Assembly (NCBI GenBank): GCA_963843575.1
Contig: CAWJKZ010000012.1
Location: forward strand, 234,482 to 298,481
Source of the DNA: an uncultured Acidobacteriota bacterium
GTDB lineage: Bacteria; Acidobacteriota; UBA6911
Length of the DNA stretch: 64,000 nt
Direction: 5' to 3'
The position numbers and the translations under genes were made by a program. Of this stretch, positions 9,819-20,894 are shown one piece after another. The notes below the pieces were generated by a model. The model saw nothing but the letters and a program-made list of their open reading frames with translations, made no database searches and was not told the origin of the DNA. How positions within the stretch are numbered: the stretch's first letter is position 1; the number at the start of each line of letters is the position of its first letter.

Positions 9819-11109
9819 TCAGTTGATATGGGACGCTCTGCCCGGTGTGACGGGGATCGCGCTGAAAAGCCCCTGGTTCTGCGTGAGCGCGACCACCGAG
9901 AATTTCCTGCCATCCTGGCCGATCAGGACCGCCGTGCCCCTGAAGGTCTTGCTGGCCGCGGGATCTTCGAAGAAGAACCGGGCGACCTGATGCCCCGGCG
10001 CCAGCGTGATCGGCGAGAGCGTCGCGGCGACCGTGCCGTCTTCCCTGACGGTGACCACCTTGATGGTGACGGTGTCGGTGCCGCTGGGATTGGCGACTGC
10101 ATAGCCGGTGAAGCTTTCGGCCGCCTCGTCGTCGAGCACCGGGATCGTCGCGCTCGAAACGGTCTCCGCCGACAGGACTCCCGCGCTCGTCGCGAGCCTG
10201 CCGCCCGAGACGAGCTGGAAGTTGGCCGACGCCTGCCAGCGTGCCGCCGGTGCTCTCCACGCGCGCCCAACCGGCCTTCGTGCCGTCGCCGGAGTTGACG
10301 GCGTTGGCGACGATGGTCTTCGCGCCCCCCGGCGCGATCGAAAGCGGGGAGGAAGACGCCAGCACCGGACCTGCATCGGGGGCGCTCGAGCCCGCCGAAG
10401 CCTCGGCCAGCGCCGCGTTGTAGGGCGCCCCGTCCTGGCCCGTGAGGATCAACGTCCCGCTGACCGGCGTGCTCCCGGTGTTGACGAGCGTGAAGAGCGT
10501 CGAATACCCTCCGCCTGCGGCCAGGTGCGCAAACAATGCCGTGGTCGGCATCGCCTCGGCGACGTTGCTCGTGGCCGTCGTCGTGTAGATGAAGTCCCCC
10601 TGGTTGTTGCCGTTGCCGTTCGCCGCGTTTCCCGCAGCCCCGAACCGAACGGCCCCGACGGCGGCGGCCGGCGCGATCCATTGGACCGTCCAGCTGCCGG
10701 AGTTCGTTCCTTGAGAGGTGCCCACCGAGGTGTGCTCGATGTACTGAATCCCACCGGCTGCCACGACCTGCGTTCGGTCGTCGGTCGCCGCCAGGGTGCC
10801 GGCCTGCAGCCTGGAGGAGACCGCCCGCACGGCCATCTCGAACCCCCAGCGCGACTGTCCCGCCTTCTGCAGCGAAATCGTGATGGGATACGTCTGCCCG
10901 GGAGTGTAGTTGGCGGGCACCCCGGATATCGTCAACGTCCCCCCCGCCGTAGTTGAGCGGGTTGCCGGTGTGACACGCGTGCAGTTCGCCTCGCCGAAAT
11001 CCCCCGTGCGTGCCGTAGGCGGCCCCCCGGAGAATGCCAGCACGAAACTCGCGCCACAGCACAACGTGAAGAATCCCCACAGTGACAGTTTCCAACCCTT
11101 GTTTTCCAT
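9819..11109 (-). CDS. secreted Reeler/choice-of-anchor-V protein with probable CxxCH heme site (frameshifted)
   Basis: signal peptide, FSGGPPTARTGDFGEANC joins ACHTGNPLN in the next frame; WGFEM, WIAP, AANGNG motifs. Confidence 0.78.
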
Positions 11110-11165
11110 TATCTTCCTCCGGATCGCCGAGTTCGAGAGGCTTTGAGCCTTCGACGTGAGTTCTT

Positions 11166-11181
11166 TGCAATCGGGGAGCCA
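11166..11181 (-). promoter_or_regulatory. sigma-54 (-24/-12) promoter for the Reeler-Rieske operon
   Basis: minus strand TGGCTCCCCGATTGCA = TGGC-N7-TTGCA, about 55 nt upstream of the start, next to a sigma-54 activator gene. Confidence 0.75.
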
Positions 11182-11335
11182 ATCCGGGGATGACCAACGC
11201 TGGTACCGTTTTATTGGGATTTGACGGGAATCCTACTGATCGCTAGTATTAGCAGTGACACAAAACGTGACAGTGTCCGAGCCGGTTCCGGCTCAATCCG
11301 TTACGCTCAAGTATACCGAATCGAACTCAAGGCCC

Positions 11336-12775
<1,440 letters not shown>

Positions 12776-12810
12776 ACACTGGCCGAGCACTGGCTCACTC
12801 AGGAACCGGC

Positions 12811-13556
12811 ATGACATTCACTCCGACTGTTCGCGGCGCTCACGCTCCTGCTCGCAAGCACCATCCAGGGGTAGCCCCGCCGGCAGTACCGGCAGCCGGC
12901 CGTCCGTCGTAGCGGGCGCGTCGAGATCGCGAACCCGAAGCTGAAGTTGCGCGGCGGCGGCACCGACGCCGGCGGCGTCGTGGTGTGGCTGGTGCCCCTG
13001 CAGGAGGAGCCGGGATCCGTCGCCGTCACACTTCCCAGGGCGAGAATCGAACAACACGACAAGCGATTCGTACCCCATGTCACCGTGATCCAGGTCGGCA
13101 CCGAGGTCGATTTCCCCAACAAGGATCCCGTTCTTCCACAACGTCTTCTCGACTTTCGACGGCAGGACCTTCGACCTGGGACTCTATGCGAACGGGGAGT
13201 CCCGTACGGTGCGCTTCAACCGCCCCGGCATCTCGTACGTCTACTGCAATATCCATCCTCAAATGAGCGCTGTCGTCGTCGCAGTCGATACCCCGTATTT
13301 CACGTCGAGCGCACAGGACGGGACTTTCTCGCTCAGGAACGTGCCGGCCGGCAGTTACCAGTTGCGCGTCTGGCATGAGCGGAGCGATCCGCAGCAGCTG
13401 GAGGCGCGGAGGCGGATCCTCGCCGTGGAACCTCCCGCGACGGACGCAGGCGTCATCCGGCTCGACGAGGCCGCGTACATCCCCACGGCGCACAAAGACA
13501 AACACGGCGAGGATTACCCCGACCAACGCGGGCTTCCCCAGTATCGCAGGCCTTAG
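12811..13556 (+). CDS. secreted cupredoxin-like / carboxypeptidase-regulatory-like domain protein, frameshifted
   Basis: QHDKRFVPHV..VGTEVDFPNKDP(FF)HNVFS and YCNIHPQM motifs, then GSYQLRVWHE. Confidence 0.75.
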
Positions 13557-13570
13557 GGGCAATGAAAGAC

Positions 13571-13666
13571 AAAAGCCAAAACAGAACGCAGATTCCGCGG
13601 ATCCAACGGATTCACGCGGCCTGTCGCCAGGTCGATCCATGGGGATCCGCGCGCATCCGCGTCCTG
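13571..13666. repeat. ACGCGGAT phased palindromic element
   Basis: first 50 nt identical to 60186-60235; inverted ATCCGCG arm follows. Confidence 0.85.
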
Positions 13667-13698
13667 AGGCCGGCCCGGGAGCCGGGAGGACACGCACG

Positions 13699-15456
13699 TT
13701 GAAACTGCGCGACAAGCTCTTCCTCAGCTACGGCTCGCTTTCGGTGGTGATCCTCCTGGCTGCGGCCTGGGTGATCGACAGGCAGGTCGTGGCCGAGGCG
13801 CGCCGGCAGGTGCAGGAAGAGATGAAGACCTCGCTGCCGCTCTACGAGGCGGTGTGGGAAGAACAGGCGGGCCGCCTCTCCGCGCTCGGGATGGCGATGG
13901 CCGGATCCCCGATCGCCAAGACGATCTTCGGGGATCCCCGCGCCGCGCGCGACACGGAGACGATCCGTCAGATGCTCTCGGACTTCGGCCAGCTGCTTTC
14001 CCACGACGTCGACCTCGTCGTGATCGCCGACGGCGGCGGCCACGTCGTGTTCGTCGAGGACCGGGGTCCCGGAAAGACGGAGGTCCGCGAACTTCCATCC
14101 GCCCGGATCGTCGCGGAGACCCAGAAACCGGCGGAGTCCTTCGAGCTCGTCGACGGCCGCCTGTTTCACCTGGCGCTGGCCCCGGTCCTGTCGCATTCGG
14201 CCGAGCGCCGGACTCGACAACACCCTCGTGGTGCTGGTCGCGGGTTCCGAACTGGACCGCCGCATGGCGGAGGAACTCAAGCGGCGCGCCCACAGCGACG
14301 TCGTCTTTTTCGCGGGTCACCGTCTCTATTCGTCTTCGCTCCCCGCCGAGGCGGAGAGCACGGCCGGCCGGACCCTCGCCGATGGGATGCCCGCCAGACC
14401 GAACCCACCGAGATCCTGTTGGGCGGCGAGGGTCACCTCGCCTTCGCCCGCCCGCTCGCCTCGCTCGACCGCCGCTTCGAGGGGCGCGTCGTCGTGCTGC
14501 ACTCCCTGGGCGCGGCCGTCAAACTCTTCCACGCGATTTCCGGCAGGCTCGTCCTGGTCGGCTCGGCCAGCATCGCGCTCGTGCTGCTGATCAGCTACTA
14601 CCTCGCCCGGAGAATCACCCGCCCCATCGAGGCGCTGGCCCTCGGCGCGCGGGAGTTCGGCAGGGGAAACTACGAGCACCCGATCGGCACCTCGCCGGGC
14701 GGCGAGATCGGACAGCTGGCGGCTGCCTTCGAACAGATGCGGCGCTCCGTGCGGGAGGGTCAGGCCGTGCTGCTGCGCGCCGAGCGCCTCACCGCCGTCG
14801 GCCGGATGGCGAGCGGCATCATCCACGATCTCCGCAGCCCGCTCGCCGCCATCTCGACCGCCGCCGAACTCTTCGCCACCAGGGAACTCCCCGCCGAAAA
14901 CCGGCAGATGCTGGCCGAGAACCAGCTGAAGGCGGCGCGGCGCATGGCGACCATGCTCAGGGACCTGCTCGAATTCGCGCGCGGCAGATACGCGCTCAAC
15001 CTCGAACGCCATGAACTCGCCCCGCTGATTCAGGCAGTGGCCCGGGAAACCGTCTCCTCGGCCTCCACCCCGGGACTCGCCGTCGACATCCAGGTGCCGC
15101 CCGGGATCTACGTCCGGGTGGACCGCGAACGGCTGCGCCGCCTGTTTGTCAACCTCCTGGTCAATTCCGTCCAGGCCATGCCTGGGGGAGGGACCATCAC
15201 GATCCGCGCCGCCTCCACGGGCCGGAGCGTCCGGATCAATGTCGCAGACACGGGCGCGGGCATCCCGAGCCAGCTCCGGGACCGGCTGTTCGAACCGTTT
15301 GTCAGCCACGGCAAAGAAGGGGGCACCGGGCTCGGACTGGCCGTCGCCAGCAGCATCGCCGAAGGGCATGGCGGCTCCCTCACGCTGGCCTCCGCCGTCG
15401 GCCAGCCCGCCGACTTCTGCGTCGAACTCCCCCTCGCCCCGGAGGAACAACCGTGA
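13699..15456 (+). CDS. HAMP-domain sensor histidine kinase (internal compensating frameshifts)
   Basis: two TM segments, HAMP, HDLRSPL H-box, N/G boxes GTGLGL; GGGAGGA RBS before TTG. Confidence 0.9.
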   Translation: MKLRDKLFLSYGSLSVVILLAAAWVIDRQVVAEARRQVQEEMKTSLPLYEAVWEEQAGRLSALGMAMAGSPIAKTIFGDPRAARDTETIRQMLSDFGQLLSHDVDLVVIADGGGHVVFVEDRGPGKTEVRELPSARIVAETQKPAESFELVDGRLFHLALAPVLSHSAERRTRQHPRGAGRGFRTGPPHGGGTQAARPQRRRLFRGSPSLFVFAPRRGGEHGRPDPRRWDARQTEPTEILLGGEGHLAFARPLASLDRRFEGRVVVLHSLGAAVKLFHAISGRLVLVGSASIALVLLISYYLARRITRPIEALALGAREFGRGNYEHPIGTSPGGEIGQLAAAFEQMRRSVREGQAVLLRAERLTAVGRMASGIIHDLRSPLAAISTAAELFATRELPAENRQMLAENQLKAARRMATMLRDLLEFARGRYALNLERHELAPLIQAVARETVSSASTPGLAVDIQVPPGIYVRVDRERLRRLFVNLLVNSVQAMPGGGTITIRAASTGRSVRINVADTGAGIPSQLRDRLFEPFVSHGKEGGTGLGLAVASSIAEGHGGSLTLASAVGQPADFCVELPLAPEEQP

Positions 15457-15836
15457 CGGGTAAGATCCTGCTGGTCGAAGACGATCCGACCTTCCGGGCA
15501 GTCCTCGCCCTGGCGCTCGAACTGCAGGGCTACGTCGTCCGCCAGGCGTCGTGCGGCCGGAGCGCGCTCGACCTGCTGGAGAGCGAAATACCCGACATCA
15601 TCATCTCGGACCTGGAGATGGGCGGCATGGACGGACGGGCGTTCTGCAAACACACCCGGGCAGATGCGAAATTCTCCCGCATCCCGTTCGTCATCCTGTC
15701 CGCATTTGTGGACCCGGGCGTCGCCACCGGCCTGGCCGATTTGCCCGCCGACCGCTGCCTGAGCAAGCAGATTCCCGTCGCAGAACTGACCCGGTTGATC
15801 GAGGAACTGCTCGCAGCGCACGGGAAGACCCCGTAG
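15453..15836 (+). CDS. single-domain response regulator (CheY-like)
   Basis: ILLVEDD, IISDLEM, K motif. Confidence 0.9.
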   Translation: MTGKILLVEDDPTFRAVLALALELQGYVVRQASCGRSALDLLESEIPDIIISDLEMGGMDGRAFCKHTRADAKFSRIPFVILSAFVDPGVATGLADLPADRCLSKQIPVAELTRLIEELLAAHGKTP

Positions 15837-15900
15837 TGGTCAATTACATAGATACGATGACCTGTTTTCGGACGCGGATGGACGCGGACCCACGCAGATC
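15834..15900 (+). repeat. ACGCGGAT element with degenerate foot, starting at the stop codon
   Basis: TAGTGGTCAATTACATAGATACGATGAC then GACGCGGATG GACGCGGACC CACGCAGAT. Confidence 0.7.
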
Positions 15901-15946
15901 AAAAACAAAAACACTGGTGACATTCCGCTTTCGGGAGACAGGCGCC

Positions 15947-17411
15947 ATGAGAATCCGCCACACCGCCTTTGCCGTCGTTTAGCGTCCTTCGTCGGGGCGG
16001 TGCCGTCCGCCTCCCCGATCGATCAACCGGACCTGCAGGAGCAGGTGCGCAGGAGCGTCGAACTCAACGAAAGGCTCGAGCGGCTGCTCGTGGAGACCCG
16101 CCGGGAGGTGCAGGAGCTCCGCGAGGAAGTGGACCGGCTGCGGGCCAGCCTCACACCCAAGCAGCCCGCCCGGCCGGCGCCCCCCGCAGTCCCTGGCGAC
16201 GAGCTGCCGGCGCGGCTGAACCGCATCGAAGAGCAGGTCGAGGTCAACGCGGCCCAGATCAAAGAGCAGGCCCAGACGCAAGGTCGAGAGCGACTCCCGC
16301 TTCCACGTGCGCCTGTTCGGCACCGTGCTGTACAACTCCTTCTACAACTCGCACGACACCGCCGAGGACGCCGTCCCCACCGCCGCACCCCCAGGCTCGG
16401 CCAGGACCCCATAGGGACGACGGCAACTTCGGCGCGACGTTGCGCCAGACCTCTTTGGGGTTCGCCCTGGCCGGCCCCAAACTCGGCGAGGCGAGGCTCA
16501 GCGCCGACGCCGAATTCGATTTCTACGGGGGCACCCCCGGGGCGTACGGGAGCGACCCGCTCGGCGCCTTGCGCCTGCGCACCGCCGCGGCCCGCCTGGA
16601 CGCGCGCAACGACTCGCTCGCCCTCGGGCTGATGGAGCCCATGATCTCCCCCTTGAGCCCGTCGTCCCTCGCCGCCGTGTACTACCCGCCGCTCGGCGAC
16701 TCCGGGAACCTGTGGCAGTGGCTGCCTCAGACCACGGCGGAGCACCGCATACCCCTGGGCGACGCGGGCTCGCTGATCCTCCAGGGCGGGCTGATGCTGC
16801 CGTCGGGAGAGAATTTCTACGGCAGGAACCTTCAAGGGAGGCCGGGCTACGAGTTCCGGTCGGCCTACGCCCGGGATCTCGACACCGACCGGCGGCTGCA
16901 GGTGGGAGTCGGCGGCTACATCCACCCGCAGAGCTTCGGCTACGGCCGCAAGGTCAATTCATACGCGGTCACCGGCGACTGGCGCATCCCGCTCCACAAA
17001 CGGCTGGAGCTCAGCGGCGAAGCGTACTACGGGCAGAGCATCACCCTGAAAGCCCCCGGCGGCGCGGACGTCACCAGCCTGTTCGGCTACAGCGGCGGGC
17101 CCGACGACCCCCGCAGCGCGTTCTGGGGGATCCGCTCCGCCGGAGGCTGGGTCCAGCTGCGCGCCCGGGCGACCCCCAGGCTCGAGTTCAACGCAGCCTG
17201 CGGTTCCGACGACCCGCGTAACCGCGACATCTTCGCCGGGCTTTTCCGGTCCACCGCGACGCTCGCGAACCGGACGTTCTCGGTGAACTCGATCTATCAG
17301 CTCCGATCAAATTTCCTGCTGTCCCTGGAGTACCGGCGCCTATCGACCGTTTACCCGGACGGGCGCAGCTCCAGCGACCACGTCAACCTCGCGGTCGGCT
17401 ACCTCTTCTGA
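15947..17411 (+). CDS. outer-membrane porin-like protein with N-terminal coiled coil (DcaP-like), frameshifted
   Basis: signal, coiled coil, EFDFYGG..LRLRTA, amphipathic strands, C-terminal YLF. Confidence 0.72.
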
Positions 17412-17439
17412 ACTTGGAGATTCTTAGGGTTCGCGCAAG

Positions 17440-17551
17440 AGTACTCGTGTTCATGAATACGCTAACGTTTCCAGTACGCGGATTTGCGCGGATTCACGCG
17501 GATATCGACTTGGCCGATCCGCGTGAATCCGTTAAATCCGCGTCCTGCTGT
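17440..17551 (+). repeat. ACGCGGAT element with conserved AGTACTCGTGTTCA..ATACGCTAAC foot
   Basis: near-identical to the ends of 52722-53030. Confidence 0.85.
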
Positions 17552-17579
17552 CTTAATGCGGTGGGCAGCTCGAAGGGGG

Positions 17580-18722
17580 TCAGGGCTTGTTCGAGAAGAC
17601 GTGGACGTGCCGGTCCGTCCCGGGCACGTGGAGGTTCCCGCGCGAGTCGAACGAGGGGCGCGCCTCGACAGAACGCGGGAGCTCGAAAACGGGGCGGCCG
17701 ACGCCATTGGTCCCGACGACGTGGAGCACCCCGAGAGCGTCGGCGGCAAACACAGTCCCGCCGCCGTCGAACACCGGGCCGGCCAGGAAGTATTCGCCCC
17801 CCGAAGCGTACCGGTACACGAGTGACCCGTCCGGGGTCAGCGAGTGCACGAGGCCACCCCGGTCCGCCACCGCGATCGTCCCGTCCCGCGCTACCGCGGG
17901 AGTGGCGCCGACCGCAACCGGGAAGTTCCGGCTCCAGGCCATCGCCGCGTGCTCGAGCGACCAGGCCTTCAGCACTCCGCTGCGGGCAGCGTTCGCCACG
18001 ACGTAGACGATTTTCCGCTCCTGGTCCACCACGGGTGCGGCGGAGACCAGCGCCCGGTTGGCGGGACCCGTCTCCCCCTCGGGCTGCTGGTCGAGGACGG
18101 CTTCCTTCCCATCCGACCCGATGCGGACAAACTGCACTCCCGTCTTCGCCACCGCGCGCAGGCAGTAGATGTTGTCGTCCGCGTCGGCCGACGCGGCGGC
18201 ATAGGGCGATATGCCGGCGTCCCAGGACTGCTGCTCCTTGCCGGTCGCGCCGTCGAGGCAGACGAAGCGCCCGCCCCAGCTGCTCAGGACGAGGGCGCCG
18301 CGCCGCAGGACAAAAAGCAGGTCCGAGAGTATCCGGGCGTCGGACTTTGTCGGGATCTCGGTGCGCCACGCGACCGAGCCGCCGGCCGTGTCGAAGGCGT
18401 ACACCCGGCCGTCGTGTGTGCCGACAAAAAGCGCCCCCCTTCCCGGGTGGAGGGCCGGGGTCGCGGAGATCCCGGCCTCCAGGCGCTTCTGCCACAGCAG
18501 CCGGCCGCCGGGAGCGAAGGCCTGCACGCCGCCCGCCATGTCCACGACATAGGCCCGGTCGCGCGCGTCGAATACGACGGAGGCACGCACGGCTCCGAGG
18601 GTGGACAGGACACGGTCAGGCCGCCCGGCCAGCGCAACGGCCCCGGCGAAGGCGCCACGCCGGGAGTTGGCGCCGCCTGCCGTGCACCAGGCTGTTTGCG
18701 GTCGGGAAGGCAGTGCAGACAT
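17580..18722 (-). CDS. PQQ-like beta-propeller repeat protein (TAT-like signal)
   Basis: repeated ATP..FVGT.DG.VYA.D..G..W motifs. Confidence 0.82.
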   Translation of the reverse strand: MSALPSRPQTAWCTAGGANSRRGAFAGAVALAGRPDRVLSTLGAVRASVVFDARDRAYVVDMAGGVQAFAPGGRLLWQKRLEAGISATPALHPGRGALFVGTHDGRVYAFDTAGGSVAWRTEIPTKSDARILSDLLFVLRRGALVLSSWGGRFVCLDGATGKEQQSWDAGISPYAAASADADDNIYCLRAVAKTGVQFVRIGSDGKEAVLDQQPEGETGPANRALVSAAPVVDQERKIVYVVANAARSGVLKAWSLEHAAMAWSRNFPVAVGATPAVARDGTIAVADRGGLVHSLTPDGSLVYRYASGGEYFLAGPVFDGGGTVFAADALGVLHVVGTNGVGRPVFELPRSVEARPSFDSRGNLHVPGTDRHVHVFSNKP

Positions 18723-18751
18723 CGGAGCCTTTTGATCTCAGTATTCTTCGC

Positions 18752-19987
18752 TCACCGTTCGGGACGGACGCGCCGGTACGTCGGCTGATACTCGAAACGG
18801 GCGGACTCCAGGTCGAGGCCGGCCACTTCCAGCTGCTTCAGCCGATTCTCCCCGAGACCCCGGCGGCGGGCCAGGGCCAGGTAGTTGATGCCGTTGGCAA
18901 ACGGGTGCGTCCGGTCCGCGGCCTCCGGGTCGAACCCCATCACCACGGCCGCCACCGCGTCGGTGCAGACGGCGTTGCGCCCGGCCAGCAACAGGCCGGG
19001 ACGCGTCACCGAAACCATCGAGCCGTTCCACCACCCCTCGGCCGTCTGGATCACGCTTATCGCGTCGAGCACGACCAGGTCGATCGGGAACGCCGCGTTG
19101 AGGTCCACGATGAAACGCGGCACGTTGTTGCCGTGATCCCCCGTCACCGGCGTCCCCGTGAAATAGTCCGCGGAGGTCAGAGGCTTGCGCGTGCACGTGT
19201 GCATCACGCGGTTGCGATAGTCCAGCGCGTCCTCGTCGGGGTGGTCCGCCAGGTCGTCCCCGTAGAGGCTGCTGGGCGGGATGCCGAAGAGGTTTTTCAT
19301 CCCCCCGGTGATCCCCCCGGAGACGTGGCTCTTCAATTTGCCCAGCGACACCAGCACGTCGGTCTGGGTGTAGAGCTGGTTGACCTCCCAGGCGGAGGCC
19401 AGATCGCCCCCGGGAACCTTCACGACGGAGTAGCCGCCGTAAGGACCGCGGTTGCGCGTGTTCGCAAAGCGGGCGCGCCCTTCCATCGCGTCGGCGAACG
19501 CCCGGGCGTCGAAACCGTAGCCGGCAAATGCCGCCTCGTCCAGCTCGCGGAAGGGGAGCTGGTCGCAGAAGGTCACCCGCCGCGCGCCGTAATCGACCAG
19601 CAGGCTGCCGAGGGCCATCGCGACCGTCGGGTGCGCCGTGACCGTCAGGCAGAGCGGGATTCCGGCGACGTGCTCCAGGGACGTGTTCACCAGGTTGACC
19701 TTCACCGTGACGTGACGTCCCTTGACCAGCGCACGCACGCCCCCCGCATCCTCGAGCAGCCGCGCCAGGGTCTGGCGGACCTCCGCGAACCCGTACCGCT
19801 TGCACAGGCCGATGGCCGTCACCGCGCGCGGCGCGGGGATCTCGGGCAGCGCGGGGATGGGCAGCGCCGAGGCGGCGGGGACCAGCGCCGCGGCTGCCAC
19901 GCACCGGAGGAAATCACGGCGCGAGGGCCATCCCCCCGGGCACTGGGGGGCTCTGCGGAAATCAACCGGCTTCATACTGTCGGCCAC
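18752..19987 (-). CDS. DUF362 domain protein with TAT signal
   Basis: SRRDFL, VKVNL, KLKSH, TGGMKNLFG, AVCTD motifs. Confidence 0.88.
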   Translation of the reverse strand: MADSMKPVDFRRAPQCPGGWPSRRDFLRCVAAAALVPAASALPIPALPEIPAPRAVTAIGLCKRYGFAEVRQTLARLLEDAGGVRALVKGRHVTVKVNLVNTSLEHVAGIPLCLTVTAHPTVAMALGSLLVDYGARRVTFCDQLPFRELDEAAFAGYGFDARAFADAMEGRARFANTRNRGPYGGYSVVKVPGGDLASAWEVNQLYTQTDVLVSLGKLKSHVSGGITGGMKNLFGIPPSSLYGDDLADHPDEDALDYRNRVMHTCTRKPLTSADYFTGTPVTGDHGNNVPRFIVDLNAAFPIDLVVLDAISVIQTAEGWWNGSMVSVTRPGLLLAGRNAVCTDAVAAVVMGFDPEAADRTHPFANGINYLALARRRGLGENRLKQLEVAGLDLESARFEYQPTYRRVRPER

Positions 19988-20049
19988 CCCTTCGTTCAGG
20001 AAACATTATCCCACGCGTGAAGTTACCCGCGAGGAGAATCGTCTCCAGA

Positions 20050-20111
20050 CAGGACGCGGATTTCCGCGGGTCTAACGGATTCTCCGTGGATCCGCGTCAA
20101 TCGGCGTCCGG
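20050..20111. repeat. ACGCGGAT palindromic element
   Basis: GGACGCGGATTTCCGCGGG...ATCCGCGTCAATCGGCGTCC. Confidence 0.7.
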
Positions 20112-20117
20112 AGAAAT

Positions 20118-20880
20118 TCACTTCGAACCCGCCCGCAGCACCATTCGTTCGCCGTCGCAGCTCAGAACCGCGCCATCGGGGCGGATGGCTTCGAGGAGGT
20201 AACGGTCGCCGACATAATCCCCCTCGACATATCTCCTGCCGTTGATGAACACCAGGCGGTCCGCCCGTTCTTCGGCGTAGACCAGGACGGTCATGGTCAT
20301 CGCCGCGATCGCTTCACGCAGCGGCACCGAGGCCCCGGCGGGCGCGGCGGACCCCGGCTCGGCCGTGCCGGCCACGCCCGATGGAGGCGGCGCCGGCCGG
20401 GACGCCGTGTCGTGGACACCTTCCATCTCCCTCCCGGGCCGGGGCGGGATTTCGGGCGGCGGCGGGCTCGCCGGACGGACGGCGGTCCCCTCGGGGCGGG
20501 GCGCAGGGGCCGCGATCGAACCCGGGCCGGGCTTTGCCTGGGCGGGTTCGCGCGCAGCCGCCGGTTCGGGGGGGCCGGGGGCGGCGGGCACGACCTCCTC
20601 CGGCGGCGTCGAGACGGCCGGGGCGGCGTTCGCCGGGGTCGATGCCGCCGGCGGCTTCCCTTCCGACGCGAGCGTCGGGGCGCTCTCGCGTCCCAAGCGT
20701 ACCGAGGGAGTGCACGACCAGCCAGAAGACCCCCGCGGCGCACAACAAGATCGCTCCGGCGACCGCCCAGCTCCGGTTCCGCCCCGACGGGCGAAGCTCG
20801 TGAACCGCCATGAGGGCGGGGACGTTCTTGATGCCGCGATCCCGTTCGGCTTTTTTCAGCGCATCCAGGATGTATGACAT
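20118..20880 (-). CDS. gspB: general secretion pathway protein B (GspB/ExeB), frameshifted
   Basis: MSYILDALKKAERDR N-terminus, Pro-rich linker, VYA..RLVFINGRRYVEG C-domain. Confidence 0.85.
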
Positions 20881-20894
20881 GCGGTTGTCGTCCT

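Noticed and set aside
17414-20020. Long alternative-frame ORFs (868 aa here, also 32616-35051, 32774-35257, 22545-24176)
   Set aside because: Arg/Pro/Gly-rich shadow frames of real genes in GC-rich DNA.
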